Notes: generated from the sequence alone by a model not told the origin. Positions 36,402-50,118 are shown, numbered from the whole stretch's first letter. The stretch: DNA of 63,052 nucleotides, filler included, from Octopus bimaculoides (GCF_001194135.2; 9 parts of 6 records of this genome joined end to end with filler, not necessarily neighbours in it); one strand, 5' to 3'. Numbers and translations are program-made.

Positions 36402-36838
36402 CTGGTGTGATCTTCTTCACTACTGGCTCTCCAGATGTTTCCCGAAGCTGAGAGATGTGTAGGAGTTCATTAGGGTTTCCGGAATGTGTTGGCCATTGAT
36501 ATACATACACGCGACTACCACTGCTCCCACAATCAATCACAATACCATAGTGGTAGCGCTGAGTCGATGGGCTGCCATGGTCATCTGCGTTCTGTTGAAA
36601 GCTGCCATACGAAGAAGCTGCAGACACAAGCGAAGGGTATATTGAATCCAGCTTCTGGTTTTTGAGTATTGACGGAGTGTGATGTATGTTTGAATGTCGC
36701 AGCTCCAGAAACATTATCAGAGCAATAGTGTAGAGAACCAACAGAATAACTACAATAATCACGCACTTCAGAGAGAGAGTGACGGTGACTGGGGTGCTGG
36801 GGGTTGACGTGAGGTAACGACACCAGCTGCATGTGATC
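36402..36838 (-). CDS. ENTPD4/7: ENTPD4/7-like ectonucleoside triphosphate diphosphohydrolase (GDA1/CD39 family), coding exon A: N-terminal TM helix and ACR1
   Basis: Translates RITCSWCRYL...CVIIVVILLVLYTIALIMFL (TM)...YGIVIDCGSSGSRVYVYQWPTHSGNPNELLHISQLRETSGEPVVKKITPG, matching ENTPD4/7 YGIVVDCGSSGSR...PVVMKIKPG. Acceptor tttcctttgtAG|G, donor CCAG|GTGAGA; 437 nt, phase 2 to phase 1. Confidence 0.95.
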
Positions 36839-37186
36839 CTACAAAGGAAAACAGATTTTTTAGAAACTGCACCGTTAAATGATACAACAATATGTTGCTT
36901 GAACAAGAAGGTTAATATTTTATTACTGACAAAAAAAAAAAAAAAAAATGAAAAAGAGAAGGAATACAAACAAACTTAATTACATTTCAAGGTTTGCAAA
37001 CTAAGACATATAACAAGGATTTAAAAAGAAATTAAAAACAAAGTCAATCCCAGCAATATTTAAACACAGAACAAATAAATGCTGAACCTGGTTGTATAAT
37101 ACATCTAGCTCAGCACTTTAATGTCAGCAACACTTTCACTCCATCTCTCTATCTTTCATACATACCCCCGACCCCACCACACCCTA

Positions 37187-37221
<35 letters not shown>

Positions 37222-38353
37222 TAGACCCAGTTATTCAGACACTGCATGTATTCTGGTTTTTAGAATAGGTACACTGTATTCCTTGCATGTTGTAAGAGAT
37301 AGCATTCAGAAAGATGTCCATCTGAAAACACCGCTTCAAAAAGCCCCCGTCCATCCCATGCCATTGCAGAAGAGGGAGAAGGGATGTTGATGATGATAAT
37401 GATGATGATATTTCTTAAGAATCGATTCTTGTTTATTTGGTGGGTACCAAGATCTCTCTTAGATCAAAACCTACTGTCTTAAAAACAAGGAAAAATTAGA
37501 CAACGTAACCCTACAAAAGCCCTACAAAAAGACAGGGTGGCTATGGCAAGAGTGTCTGAGATATCTGCTCAGTTTCATACTAATGAGAAGTGGGTGAAGG
37601 AGACAGGGCTGAGGTATTGTTATCATTGGCTGCTGATTAAGAAACACACTTAGTGACCGGCTGTTCACATGTTGTAAGTTTAACATGCGATAGACTTGCT
37701 GTACAACATTGACAACACATGTAGCTCCAAATCAGAATCAGAATTTTTACTCTAAGCTAAGTAATTATTTATTACATCGGAGCTTCTACATGGTCATTCG
37801 ACTTGCTACAACTAGCATTCAAATCTCTCTTAAATCAAATACTACAGCCTAAAAATAGAAGGAATAACTGGACAAAGTAACCCTACATAAACAAAAAGAC
37901 AGGATGCCTGTAACAAGGAATATCTTTGATAAAAAGTTTGCTTGATCAGGGCTAACATGGAGTGAAAAAAACAAAGGCTTATAGTTATCGTTTGTATGAA
38001 CTGATTTAACGAGAGTAAATGAGAAAATGCAGTGCCTGCACAGTGTTGGTGGTAAGATATGAACCAGAGACCTGTTAGTTACTGGTTCATATCTCAAATG
38101 TCACCCATTATATTATCACTCACAAATAGAAAGCTGTCCTCTGTCTCCTATTCATGTGAAAAGATATGGAAGCAATTAACGTTATAGAGGGGAAGCCATT
38201 TTTTCTTAGAATTGAACCAACAAATGTCCATGACTTTAATCTGAACAAGCCAGTCTGACATCCAATCAACATAACTATCAGCAGTCATATAGATACAGCA
38301 TGTTTTATGAGATAGGTTATTGAGATAAATCTACAGTAGGATAAATCTACATA

Positions 38354-38757
38354 GGCGCAGGAGTGGCTGTGTGGTAAGTAGCTTGCTTACCAACCACATG
38401 GTTCCGGGTTCAGTCCCACTGCGTGGCATCTTGGGCAAGTGTCTTCTACTATAGCCTCGGGCCGACCAAAGCCTTGTGAGTGGATTTGGTAGACGGAAAC
38501 TGAAAGAAGCCCGTTGTATATATGTATATATATGTGTGTGTGTGTGTGTGTGTTTATGTGTCTGTGTTTGTCCCCCCAACATCGCTTGACAACCAATGCT
38601 GGTATGTTTATGTCTCCGTCACTTAGTGGTTTGGCAAAAAGAGACCGATAGAATAAGTACTAGGCTTACAAAGAATAAGTCCTGGGGTCGATTTGCTCGA
38701 CTAAAGGTGGTGCTCCAGCATGGCCGCAGTCAAATGACTGAAACAAGTAAAAGAGTA
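38354..38757 (+). mobile_element. SINE family A, near-consensus copy
   Basis: A-box-like tggctgtgtgg, B-box-like ggttcagtccc, internal microsatellite, tail ggtggtgctccagcatggccgcagtcaaatgactgaaac. Confidence 0.92.
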
Positions 38758-38984
38758 ATGGAAGATTTCTGTGGAGGCACATAACTTAAGATTGTAAGAC
38801 TGTGGTTTCAATGTGTTGAACAAAACACCTCACCTCACATTGGCTCCAGCTCACTCAGCTGGTAGGAAATCAGTAACCCCTGCAATAGACCAGCTTCCTA
38901 TCCAGGGAGGAATATATACGCCAGAGAAACCAGGAAACTGGCCCCATATTTCCTATGGAGTAATGTGGACCAACTTTTGTAGGT

Positions 38985-39170
38985 TAACCCATTTGATACC
39001 TAACCACCCAAGACCACCCTCTGTTCTACGATACAAACTTCCGGTTCTGTGGTGATCTAAATTAAAACCTTTAATTAAAGCTTCATGCTCATTTATGTTC
39101 CAAACACCAGCTTAATAATGACAAAGCTATTTTAATTTTCTTTTCATTACTTTCGAAATGAATTGAAAAG
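38985..39170 (+). mobile_element. piggyBac-type MITE 5' end (tentative)
   Basis: TTAA|CCCATTTGATACC start; the other end was not found because a SINE interrupts. Confidence 0.3.
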
Positions 39171-39174
39171 CAAT

Positions 39175-39323
39175 GTGTATAGTGAGAAGTTTGGCTCCCA
39201 ACCAAATGGTTCTGGGGCCAGTTCCATTGTGTGGCACCTTGGGTAAGCAAGTGTTTTCTACTATAACCTCAAACCAACCAAAGCTTTGTGACTGATTTGG
39301 TAGTTGGAAACTGAAAGAAACCC

Positions 39324-39365
<42 letters not shown>
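39175..39365 (+). mobile_element. SINE family A 5' half
   Basis: ccaaccaaatggttctggggccagttccattgtgtggcaccttggg...ctgaaagaaaccc(gt)n. Confidence 0.75.
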
Positions 39366-39395
<30 letters not shown>

Positions 39396-39396
<1 letters not shown>

Positions 39397-40005
39397 GGGG
39401 TACATTAGGTATTTGAGGACATACCACTTTTGAGTCATTGCTGCATCTTTTGCTAATTCTGTATAATCTTTGTTTCAGAAAATAATAATGGCAGACCCTC
39501 AGTTTACTCAAGAAATGAAGAGGCATGCTGTCATTGTGGTTATAGAGGCTGAGCGTAGTGATTTAGAAATATCTCGATCTTAAAAAGTTGCCAGATCTTT
39601 CATCTACAATGTTTATAAGGAGCTAGAGACTGACAATGGAAACATATCACCAGTATCGAAGCATAGAAAGCATTCTAAATGCTCTGAAATCATCAGAACA
39701 CCTGAATTTATCCGGCGAGTTCAACATACCCTTGATTAAAATCCCAGATTACAATCCCATGAGCTCAATAGCAAAAGATCTCCATGTGCCAGAAGGAACA
39801 GTCAGAAATGTTGTCCATGAAGACATCATATATAAGTCTTATATGAGGAAAGGTCAAATTGTCAGAAAAAGCAAAAGAAAACCACTACACCAGATCTAAA
39901 AGGCTCTTTAACAAACTGAAAAATCCAGCAGAAGATTTGATTTGGTTTTTCTCAAATGAGAAAAACTTCAACCAAGATCAAAAAGTTAACAGAAGAAATG
40001 ACATC
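39396..40005 (+). mobile_element. Tc1/mariner (maT-like) transposon 5' half, decayed
   Basis: Follows a TA run. ATG 39488 MADPQFTQEMKRHAVIV...SMSSIAKDLHVPEGTVRNVVHED-like HTH...WFFSNEKNFNQDQKVNRRND (first catalytic D region, maT-type FSDEK). Fused to a SINE tail at ~40008. Confidence 0.75.
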
Positions 40006-40007
40006 TC

Positions 40008-40166
40008 TATAACTTAGCAGTTCGGCAAGAGAGACCAATAGAATAAGTACCAAGCTTGAAAAAAATAAATAAGTCCTGGGGGTTGATTTGTTCGACTAAA
40101 GCCCTTCAAGGCAGTGCCCCAGCATGGCCGCAGTCAAATGACTGAAGCAAGTAAAAGATATAAGAT
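40008..40166 (+). mobile_element. SINE family A 3' half
   Basis: taacttagcagttcggcaagagagacc...cagcatggccgcagtcaaatgactgaagc. Confidence 0.8.
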
Positions 40167-40576
40167 ATTTTAAGAGAACTATCATAGCAAATAGGTTAAG
40201 GTTGTTGTTGTTGCTGTTGTTGTAGAGTTTCCCACTCCCTTTGGTCAGCCCTGGTTAAGAGAACCTAGGATCAAGGGCAATTCAACCATTTTGCTTTTCT
40301 GAAGTGATACATAGCCTGGACTACATTATCCAATGTGACTATTTCAAGACAGTACAGTATAATTTGAGAGTGATTTGGTTGCTATTTCTAGTATGCCGAG
40401 CAACCATGTAGAAGCTCCCTAGTTGACCTTGTACAGTTTAAAGTTGTTGACGTATGCTGATTGAATTCGGAAGAAAAGACGGCTATATGTCGGTTATGTT
40501 AAGTGCAGCCAGGTCTATTCTCACAAGTATCAGAAGACAGTTTGATTTTTGTTTGGTTGTGATTGTATTTTTTCCG

Positions 40577-40612
<36 letters not shown>

Positions 40613-41019
40613 GTGTGTGTGTGTGTGTTTCTTGTTTATGTGCACTTGACTGCTGACAAATTTGGTGCTGGATGTTCTGATGATGTCATTTAAGAAAAAT
40701 TAACATTCTTATACGTAGGTGTATTCACATCACATCCTCTTGTCACAACAGGATCAACAAACTAAGTCCTAACAGGCTACAAGGTAGTGTGTATATAATA
40801 TCTCAACCTACTAGGAAACAGCAGCTCAATTTCCCTCAAATTGCAACCTGCCATCATAAAAATACAAAAGATTGTTACAATTGAAATGACTAATGACAGA
40901 CCAGCTCAACGATCAATCAATAAAACACCAATCGTTTTTATTGTCTGTAATCTAGAGCAAATCTTTCAAACAAACGGGATATAAATATACGGCGATATCT
41001 CACTTCACAAGGACCCACT

Positions 41020-41280
41020 TTACAAGTTTTATTTTTTCAAGCACAAGATCCAAATTTCGAATGAAGTGCAAAAGTTTCAACTACAATAACAAATGTTTCC
41101 GCATGTTACCGAGAATTTTACAGAGATTGGGAAAAAAAAAAAGCTTCTAAGAAAACTCTAGACTTGTTTTTAAAAAGAAATCAACAAGTCCATCTACAAG
41201 TGCTTGTGAATTGGCAATCACATTTACAAGTGATGGTGAGAGTGAGTCTAGTGCCGAGTTTTCACTTTATGAGCAGTCCC
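41020..41280 (+). mobile_element. pogo/Tigger-like transposase C-terminal remnant
   Basis: QDPNFE*SAKVSTTITNVSACYREF then K-rich KKTLDLF and an S/E-rich tail, matching Tigger DPNFERS.KV...ACYREI..KK..TLD.FF; the stop is CGA>TGA. Confidence 0.55.
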
Positions 41281-41316
41281 CGGGAACAAATTAACTCGTA
41301 TATTGAGACATTACTC

Positions 41317-41352
<36 letters not shown>

Positions 41353-41354
41353 CG

Positions 41355-41396
<42 letters not shown>

Positions 41397-42017
41397 NNNN
41401 NNNNNNNNNNNNNNNNNNNNNNNNNNNNNNNNNNNNNNNNTTAATTAATTAANNNNNNNNNNNNNNNNNNNNNNNNNNNNNNNNNNNNNNNNNNNNTATA
41501 TATATATATATATATATCATTCATACATAGCTGTGTCCACCTCAGTGTATAGAAGAAAATCCAATGTAAATTTTATGTAGTTTAGCTACTATTATGTTGG
41601 TAACAAGCATTAATTTATATAAAGATATATTTTTGTTCGAACATATGAAAATATAGAGATTATTTCTCACATTCTTCATGATTGAGTGAGCATTAATGAG
41701 AAGGCAAGCACCCTCTAATTCGCCTGCCAATTAAGAGACCATATAGCAAATCGCTGTTTAAGTCAATCATAAACTTTGGGTAGCTTTCGGCAGTGTAATA
41801 AAATTAATTTTTATATATTTATGTACAACTCAGCATGCATTAGAAATATGAGATTTTAAATTTTCACACGCCACTTTTTAAAGAATTATGAATAACTAAT
41901 GAGTCGAGAAACATAACAGGGCAGCCATTTTTATTTTTCGTAGGTGCGAAGAGTAAGATAAGATTAATTAATATATGATTAACGTTTCAGAGCTATATAG
42001 GCTTGTTTTAAATTTCA

Positions 42018-42819
42018 CTGCGTGGCACCTTGGGCAAGTGTCTTCTACTACAAGTTTGGACCGATTAATATCTTGTGAGTGATTTTGCTAGAACGAAACT
42101 GATGTAAACTTGTATTTGGTATGCGTGTGTCCGTATTTGCCCCCAGCTCTGCTTGACAACGGGTGTTACTTTATTTACATTCATGTAACCTTGCGATTTG
42201 GCTAAAGAGTCCGAGAGAATAAGTACCAGATTAAAAATACGTATTCGGTTCCATTTGCTTGTTTTAAACCCTTGAAGGCATTGTCTAATGACTTAATCAA
42301 GTAAAGGATAAAAAATAAATCTCAACTATTATTCTTTTACTTGTTTCAGTCATTTGACTGTGGCCATGGTGGAGCAACGCCTTTATTCGAGCGAATCGAT
42401 CACAGCACTTATTCTTTGTAAGTCTAGTACTTATTCTATTAGTCTCTTTTGCCGAACTGCTAAGTTACAGGGAGGTAAACACACCAGCATCGGTTGTCAA
42501 GCGATGTTGGAGTACAGACACAGACACACAATCACAGACACACACACACACACACATATATACATATATGTATATATATATATATATAAATACATACATA
42601 CATATATACGACGGGCTTCTTCCAGTTTCCGTCTACCAAGTCCACTCACAAGGACTTGGTCGGCTCGAGGCTATAGTAGAAGACACTTGCCTAAGGTTTC
42701 ACGCAGTGGGACTGAACCCGGAACCATGTACTTACCACACAACGACTCCTACGACTGTTATTTACATTCATCTTAAATTTTCCAATTAACGCCATACTGC
42801 GCAAAAATATGTGTGTGTG

Positions 42820-42854
<35 letters not shown>

Positions 42855-43128
42855 NNNNNNNNNNATCACGTCGACGACAAATGCGTGCTTTGCGAAACGT
42901 TTCTACTCTGGGCTTTTCTCTTTCTCTCTTTTTACTTGTTTCAGTCATTTGACTATGGCCATGCTGGAGCACCGCCTTTAGTCGAGCAAGTCGACCCCGG
43001 GACTTTTCTTTGTAAGCCTAGTACTTATTCCATCAGTCTCTTTTGCCAAACCGCTACGTGACGGAGACATAAGCACATCAGCATTGGTTGTCAAGCAATG
43101 CTAGGGTAACAAACACAGACACAAACAT

Positions 43129-43182
<54 letters not shown>

Positions 43183-43635
43183 GACCGGCTTCTTTCAGTT
43201 TCTCTCTACCAAATCTACTCACAAGGCTTTGGTCGGCCCGAGGCTATAGTAGAAGACACTTGCCCAAGATGCCGCGCAGTGGGACTGAACCCAGAACCAC
43301 GTGGTTGGTAAGCAAGTTACTTACCACACAGCCACTCCTGAGAGAACTTCGCAGACGGAAACTCTATGGAAGCCCGCTGTATATATATGAGTGTACGTAT
43401 TTCTGTTTTAGTATATGTATATATGTCTGTATGTATATGTGTGTCTCTGTGTTTGCCTTCTCCCCCTCTCTCCACAGAGACAACTGCTGCTTGTTTGTTT
43501 ATGTCCACGTAACCTCAGTGAAAGGGACGACAGAATAAGTACCAGATAACACAAATATATACTGTTGTAGATGCGTTCAAGGCGGCGCTACAAAACAGCC
43601 ACAGTCCAATGACTGAAACAAACAAAATTTAAAAG
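42018..43635. mobile_element. Cluster of four family A SINEs: ~42018-42310 (+), 42330-42750 (-), 42920-43339 (-), 43345-43635 (+)
   Basis: Each aligns by eye to family A head and tail motifs. Confidence 0.8.
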
Positions 43636-44121
43636 ATTGTTTGAAATTTACCTCAGATAATACATATATTATTTCATCCCCTAAAGGAACAAAAATTAAA
43701 AACGAACTTACTACTAACTGTAGTGAAAAGTTTCCTACATATTACATTCAGTAAACGATAGCCTTACACAGCGTGTTCGCCTGTCGTATCTTCTGAATGT
43801 ATATTTATTATTGAAGCCGATTCCGATGCCCTGCATAGTTTATTCACGATGAAAGAGGAGTTAATTTCCTTTCGAGTCCTTCTATGCGAAGTTGATTGAA
43901 GAAGAGAAAAGAAGTTGGCGGTATGAATAGCGATGTCAATAAAGAACAAAAATGGTCTAATTTCAAAATTTAAGATTTAATTGGTTTTACAATATTATTC
44001 TGGAATTGATAAAAGAAGTCATTTTATTTTTTGGGCCGAGATCAAAAGGAAGTGTGATTTAATTTATCTGATAATCGAGCTTATTATTGATAAAAATATT
44101 TAATTTTGCGGAATATATATG

Positions 44122-44217
<96 letters not shown>

Positions 44218-44438
44218 AACAGAGTGAGAGAGAGACAGACAGAGACACAGAGCTGTGTTTATCTTATCTTTGTCTTATATTTCATACTCCTTGTCAGATA
44301 TTGGTGAACTGTTCTTTGTTTCTTGATTTTCAAATCTGTTTTAAATGCGCTGCATTTATTTCCCATGTCACTAAGACGGAACGAGTGTATGTGCTCATGC
44401 AGTCAAATTTCGAAGGGGTACTACATAAGCCCTATATA

Positions 44439-44566
44439 CAGGCTGTCCACAAAGTCTGGGTACATGGGGATCAACACATACTTTAAGAAATTATTATTTC
44501 CTATATTTAATTGTTTATGTTATGATTTTTATTTACTCCATGTACCGAGACCTTGTGGACACCCTG
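44439..44566. mobile_element. 128-bp Tc1/mariner-type MITE
   Basis: 29-bp TIRs caggctgtccacaaagtctgggtacatgg (44439-44467) and ccatgtaccgagaccttgtggacaccctg (44538-44566), 3 mismatches; TA on both flanks. Confidence 0.85.
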
Positions 44567-45789
44567 TAGTTTACTGACGTGTTGCTTGTAGCAACCTGAT
44601 CCCAGTGTACAAGCCAAATGTATTTTTCCGCAATGCTCCTGATTTCTGAAATTTGCAAGTCGGCTAACATCGAACTGTTTCTGAATACAACGTTCTGTGA
44701 ATTGTCAAAGCAGGCATTAGCCGAGGCATTAGAGTGTGACACAAAATGCGTGCAAGTATTTTTCAGCCCTTCGCATTTTCTGTTAAAAACCTGCCAGTAC
44801 AAACTACTCTCGTTCGTTCCGGAGTCGATGAAATAAGTAGCACTCAATTTCTAGAAATGATTATATCGATTAATCAATCCCACCAATTTCACAATTCTCT
44901 ACTTGTGATTTTGCATTTTTTTTGCACTATTATGTAAATTTTCATGCAGCTAAAGCTTGCCTCAAAACTGGGTTATTTAAAAAACTTGCAGTATTTATGG
45001 GTGCTCGGTTAAGGCTTTCTGATTAAAGAAATATAAGGTCTCACAATATCTTTTTATATACAATTTATGCGATTGGTTATATCTTACAAAATCTTCCTGT
45101 TTTAGATTTGGGTAATAGTGTACGTGAGTATTTATTCTTTCTTCGTATGATCTACAAGGTGGTGCCATTACATAGTAATCTGCAACCATGTTGAAAATGT
45201 TTCTGAGAAGTTATTACACCAATAAGCTTCAGTATGCATAGTGAAACATGCAGAATAACATTTTGTGGGTGGTTAGATTGAGTATTGATGTATAACATTG
45301 TGCGTGTTTTTTTCTTAAATGTATATCATACAGTGAAATATCTCTAGAGTTTTAAATATATACATAACTAATACGACTTAGAATTGAGTACAAGTATGAC
45401 AAATGAGATGTTTCTCGTTGTGTGATCAGCTATGATTTATTTTTATGACAATTTCTTAATTTTATAATTGTTTATTTCATCAGGAGGCTGTGCACCTGCG
45501 GGCGTTCTGTGGGATTCTCAACGTGTCAACACTGTACATACGCGTCATATTACTGCTAAGATATTCTCCATTTCGGTACTCAACACAAACATAATCCGAT
45601 CCATCAAATCTCTCGCAGTGACAGCTCAACATCCCATTCTGCCATTACTTATCCAACAAGCATTATTGTAATAATATACAGATAGCATTACAATAATCGA
45701 CAATGAGCTGCAGATTACGTTGTATAACAAAAATGTTTGCTTCCAAAAGAATTAACTTATGGAAGAATGCCAATGATGTATATATATAT

Positions 45790-45833
<44 letters not shown>

Positions 45834-46008
45834 TGTGTGTGTGTGTGATAGAGTGAGAGAGGTTATGAAATCGGCTAAGGGATAAATGTATCCGTAAGGA
45901 CTACTGCTGTAGTAACTAATATATAGGCCTTGCTATAAGGTTGGTATAAATAGTTGGTAATCTAAATGGTAAGCCGTGGTTGAATATACTCCATTTCTTC
46001 TTATCTGC

Positions 46009-46052
<44 letters not shown>

Positions 46053-46533
46053 TGCTAAAATATCATCCTAAATCTATGAATGTTTCATAGCAAATAAAAC
46101 ATTTAATTTCCTGAAACTTTCCATATGTTTTACTCAGTCTTCATATTGATTTAATACGATTTATAATTTTGGCTCTTTAATCAATTTCTTTATAATTATT
46201 TCGTTACTTTCTATGCCTTTAAATTGATATATACGTCGATACGTCATGCTTACTGTATATATGTGTATAAGTGCGGCTATACGTACATATGCATGTTGTT
46301 GTTTTGTGTGTGTGGGTGCGTGCGTGTGCCTGTATATGTGTAAATTTATTTATATATTTTTTTTATTTTCATTTATATATTTCATTAATGTACAATACTT
46401 TAAATACATTATTTTCTTTACACATTATATATANNNNNNNNNNNNNNNNNNNNNNNNNNNNNNNNNNNNNNNNNNNNTTAATTAATTAANNNNNNNNNNN
46501 NNNNNNNNNNNNNNNNNNNNNNNNNNNNNNNNN

Positions 46534-46571
<38 letters not shown>

Positions 46572-47358
46572 GTATATATATACAGGTATACACACATATA
46601 TACATATATGTATATTTTTATACATATACTTCAAACACCCATGAATATATACATGCAATGTGGTTCATACAATACAACTCCATGTATATACACGTATATA
46701 TATATAAAATAAAGATACATCGAAAAGATATGTAAAATATACGAAGCCTATATATTTTCAGTATATCTGAACAAAATTAAATATATACGTATATGTATTT
46801 ATCCAAAAACGAGGTATATATATCATGTGTGCATGTGCCTGTGTGAGCATATATATATATTTGTGTATATATTTATAGATACTTATATATATATGCACAT
46901 ATATATAAATATATACATATATAAATATATACATATATACACACAGATATATATATATTATATATACACATATACATATGTACATACACACAGGCATATA
47001 TACCCTTTTGCAAATGTATTATTCATTTATGATTGTGTATACATATACTAAATATATATATGTGTGTGTGTGTGTGTATTTGTGTGTGTATGCATCATTC
47101 TGTCTGTCTGTCTATCTATCTATCTACTTGTCTATCTATCTATCTATCTATCTACCTATCTATCTATCTATCTACCTATCTATCTTCCTATTTATATATC
47201 TGTTTGTGTCTCTGTGAGTCTGTCTGTCTATCTATATATATATATTTATCTATCTATCTATATGTCTGTCAACCTGTCTGTCTGTCAACCTGTCTGTCTG
47301 TCTCTCTCACTCTCTCTCTCTCTCTCAATATATATATNNNNNNNNNNCTCTCTCTCAA

Positions 47359-47391
<33 letters not shown>

Positions 47392-48413
47392 GTACGACTA
47401 CATACATACGTATGTATATAGATGGATATATAAATACACAAAATATCATATATCTATCTATATACATGTACATCTGCATACGTACGTATATATATATGCA
47501 TGCATGTATGTATGTATATATATGTATATATGTGCGTGTATGTATATATATATATATATGTATATATATATACACATATATTTATGTGTGTGTGTATGCA
47601 TATATATATAAAGTATATATATATATATATNNNNNNNNNNNNNNNNNNNNNNNNNNNNNNNNNNNNNNNNNNNNNNNNNNNNNNNNNNNNNNNNNNNNNN
47701 NNNNNNNNNNNNNNNNNNNNNNNNNNNNNNNNNNNNNNNNNNNNNNNNNNNNNNNNNNNNNNNNNNNNNNNNNNNNNNNNNNNNNNNNNNNNNNNNNNNN
47801 NNNNNNNNNNNNNNNNNNNNNNNNNNNNNNNNNNNNNNNNNNNNNNNNNNNNNNNNNNNNNNNNNNNNNNNNNNNNNNNNNNNNNNNNNNNNNNNNNNNN
47901 NNNNNNNNNNNNNNNNNNNNNNNNNNNNNNNNNNNNNNNNNNNNNNNNNNNNNNNNNNNNNNNNNNNNNNNNNNNNNNNNNNNNNNNNNNNNNNNNNNNN
48001 NNNNNNNNNNNNNNNNNNNNNNNNNNNNNNNNNNNNNNNNNNNNNNNNNNNNNNNNNNNNNNNNNNNNNNNNNNNNNNNNNNNNNNNNNNNNNNNNNNNN
48101 NNNNNNNNNNNNNNNNNNNNNNNNNNNNNNNNNNNNNNNNNNNNNNNNNNNNNNNNNNNNNNNNNNNNNNNNNNNNNNNNNNNNNNNNNNNNNNNNNNNN
48201 NNNNNNNNNNNNNNNNNNNNNNNNNNNNNNNNNNNNNNNNNNNNNNNNNNNNNNNNNNNNNNNNNNNNNNNNNNNNNNNNNNNNNNNNNNNNNNNNNNNN
48301 NNNNNNNNNNNNNNNNNNNNNNNNNNNNNNNNNNNNNNNNNNNNNNNNNNNNNNNNNNNNNNNNNNNNNNNNNNNNNNNNNNNNNNNNNNNNNNNNNNNN
48401 NNNNNNNNNNNNN

Positions 48414-48478
<65 letters not shown>

Positions 48479-48607
48479 GATATAGAAATATAGGTAGATA
48501 ATTAGTGGGATATACATATACCCACCTGTGTGTGGTTATACCGTATCTCTGGTGTATGAATTTATACGTTTATACATTCGCACACTCACATACACACACA
48601 ACCACAG

Positions 48608-48646
<39 letters not shown>

Positions 48647-49447
48647 CATGTGTATACACACATGCATAGAGCTTTCTATCTATCTATCTATCTATCTATC
48701 AAACTATTTCTCTCTCCCTCTCTCTTTCTGTCGCTCCATATATATAGATATATATATGTATATGTGCGTGTATGTGTCTGTGTGAGTTTTGCATTTGTGT
48801 ACGTGTTTGTGTGTAGATATGTTTATACAAACACACACACGCACACACACATATATACATGTATGTGCCCCTGTGTAACCATATATGTGTCTATGTGTAT
48901 AAATGTACGTATCTATTTTGTATATATACATACACCTACATATATGAACACGATTACATGGTTATACATATATATACACACACACATACACTCACATATC
49001 TATATAAATGTGACGCATATATTCATATACACATAATTATCAATGTAGTCATAGGAATATATGTGTGTGTAGTTATATATACATACATACTCACACACAG
49101 ACACACACTAGTATATATATATATATATNNNNNNNNNNNNNNNNNNNNNNNNNNNNNNNNNNNNNNNNNNNNNNNNNNNNNNNNNNNNNNNNNNNNNNNN
49201 NNNNNNNNNNNNNNNNNNNNNNNNNNNNNNNNNNNNNNNNNNNNNNNNNNNNNNNNNNNNNNNNNNNNNNNNNNNNNNNNNNNNNNNNNNNNNNNNNNNN
49301 NNNNNNNNNNNNNNNNNNNNNNNNNNNNNNNNNNNNNNNNNNNNNNNNNNNNNNNNNNNNNNNNNNNNNNNNNNNNNNNNNNNNNNNNNNNNNNNNNNNN
49401 NNNNNNNNNNNNNNNNNNNNNNNTGTCAATCCCTATATATTTATGAT

Positions 49448-49478
<31 letters not shown>
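46534..49478. repeat. Extended TA/CA/TATC/TCTG microsatellite mosaic with gaps
   Basis: Direct reading; no credible coding signal. Confidence 0.95.
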
Positions 49479-49479
<1 letters not shown>

Positions 49480-49481
<2 letters not shown>

Positions 49482-49820
49482 TGTATGCACCCACTCCATC
49501 TAAGTTCAGGACCAGGTATTGCAATAGTCTAGGGTTCAAAGGCCCACAGCTCTTCCATTCCCTGCCACAAAAATTAAGAAATTTGCATAAAGGCGGAAAT
49601 ATATGTCTTCAAAAAAGGAACCAGACGTCCTCTTCGCAACACCGGATGAGCCAAGAGCCCGACATGAGGTGCAGACGAGGGCCGCGGATATCAAACTACC
49701 TTATACACCAAATGGTCCAACAGATGGGACAAAGGTACATACAGGAGCAGTGATGTGAAATGCTCCAGACTGAGGAAATAAAAAAAAAACAAAAAACAAA
49801 CATAGAGGTGCTCCAGCATG
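49480..49820 (+). mobile_element. CR1 LINE 3' fragment
   Basis: PSKFRTRYCNSLGFKGPQLFHSLPQKLRNLH and SNYLIHQM; ends in ggtgctccagca. Confidence 0.7.
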
Positions 49821-49889
49821 TATGTGTACATATATACAGAAAATATAAAATAATATAGAGGTACGTTTATAGTATACATAAATGTGGGT

Positions 49890-50077
49890 GGAGGAGTGGC
49901 TGTGTGGTAAGAAGCATGCTTACGAACCACATGCGTCTGAGTTCAGTCTCACTGCTTGACACCTTGGGTAAGTGTCTTCTATTATAGCCATGATTCGTCC
50001 AAAACCTTTCGAGTGGATTTGGTAGACGGAAACTGCAAGAAGCCCGTCGTATATATATATATATATACATATACATA

Positions 50078-50118
<41 letters not shown>

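Noticed and set aside
36581-36832. 83-aa ATG-initiated ORF overlapping ENTPD exon A
   Set aside because: Alternative frame of the real exon with no independent support.
40845-40860. ATGATGGCAG|GTTGCA as the missing ENTPD start exon
   Set aside because: Ends in phase 1 whereas exon A needs phase 2, and the donor is weak.
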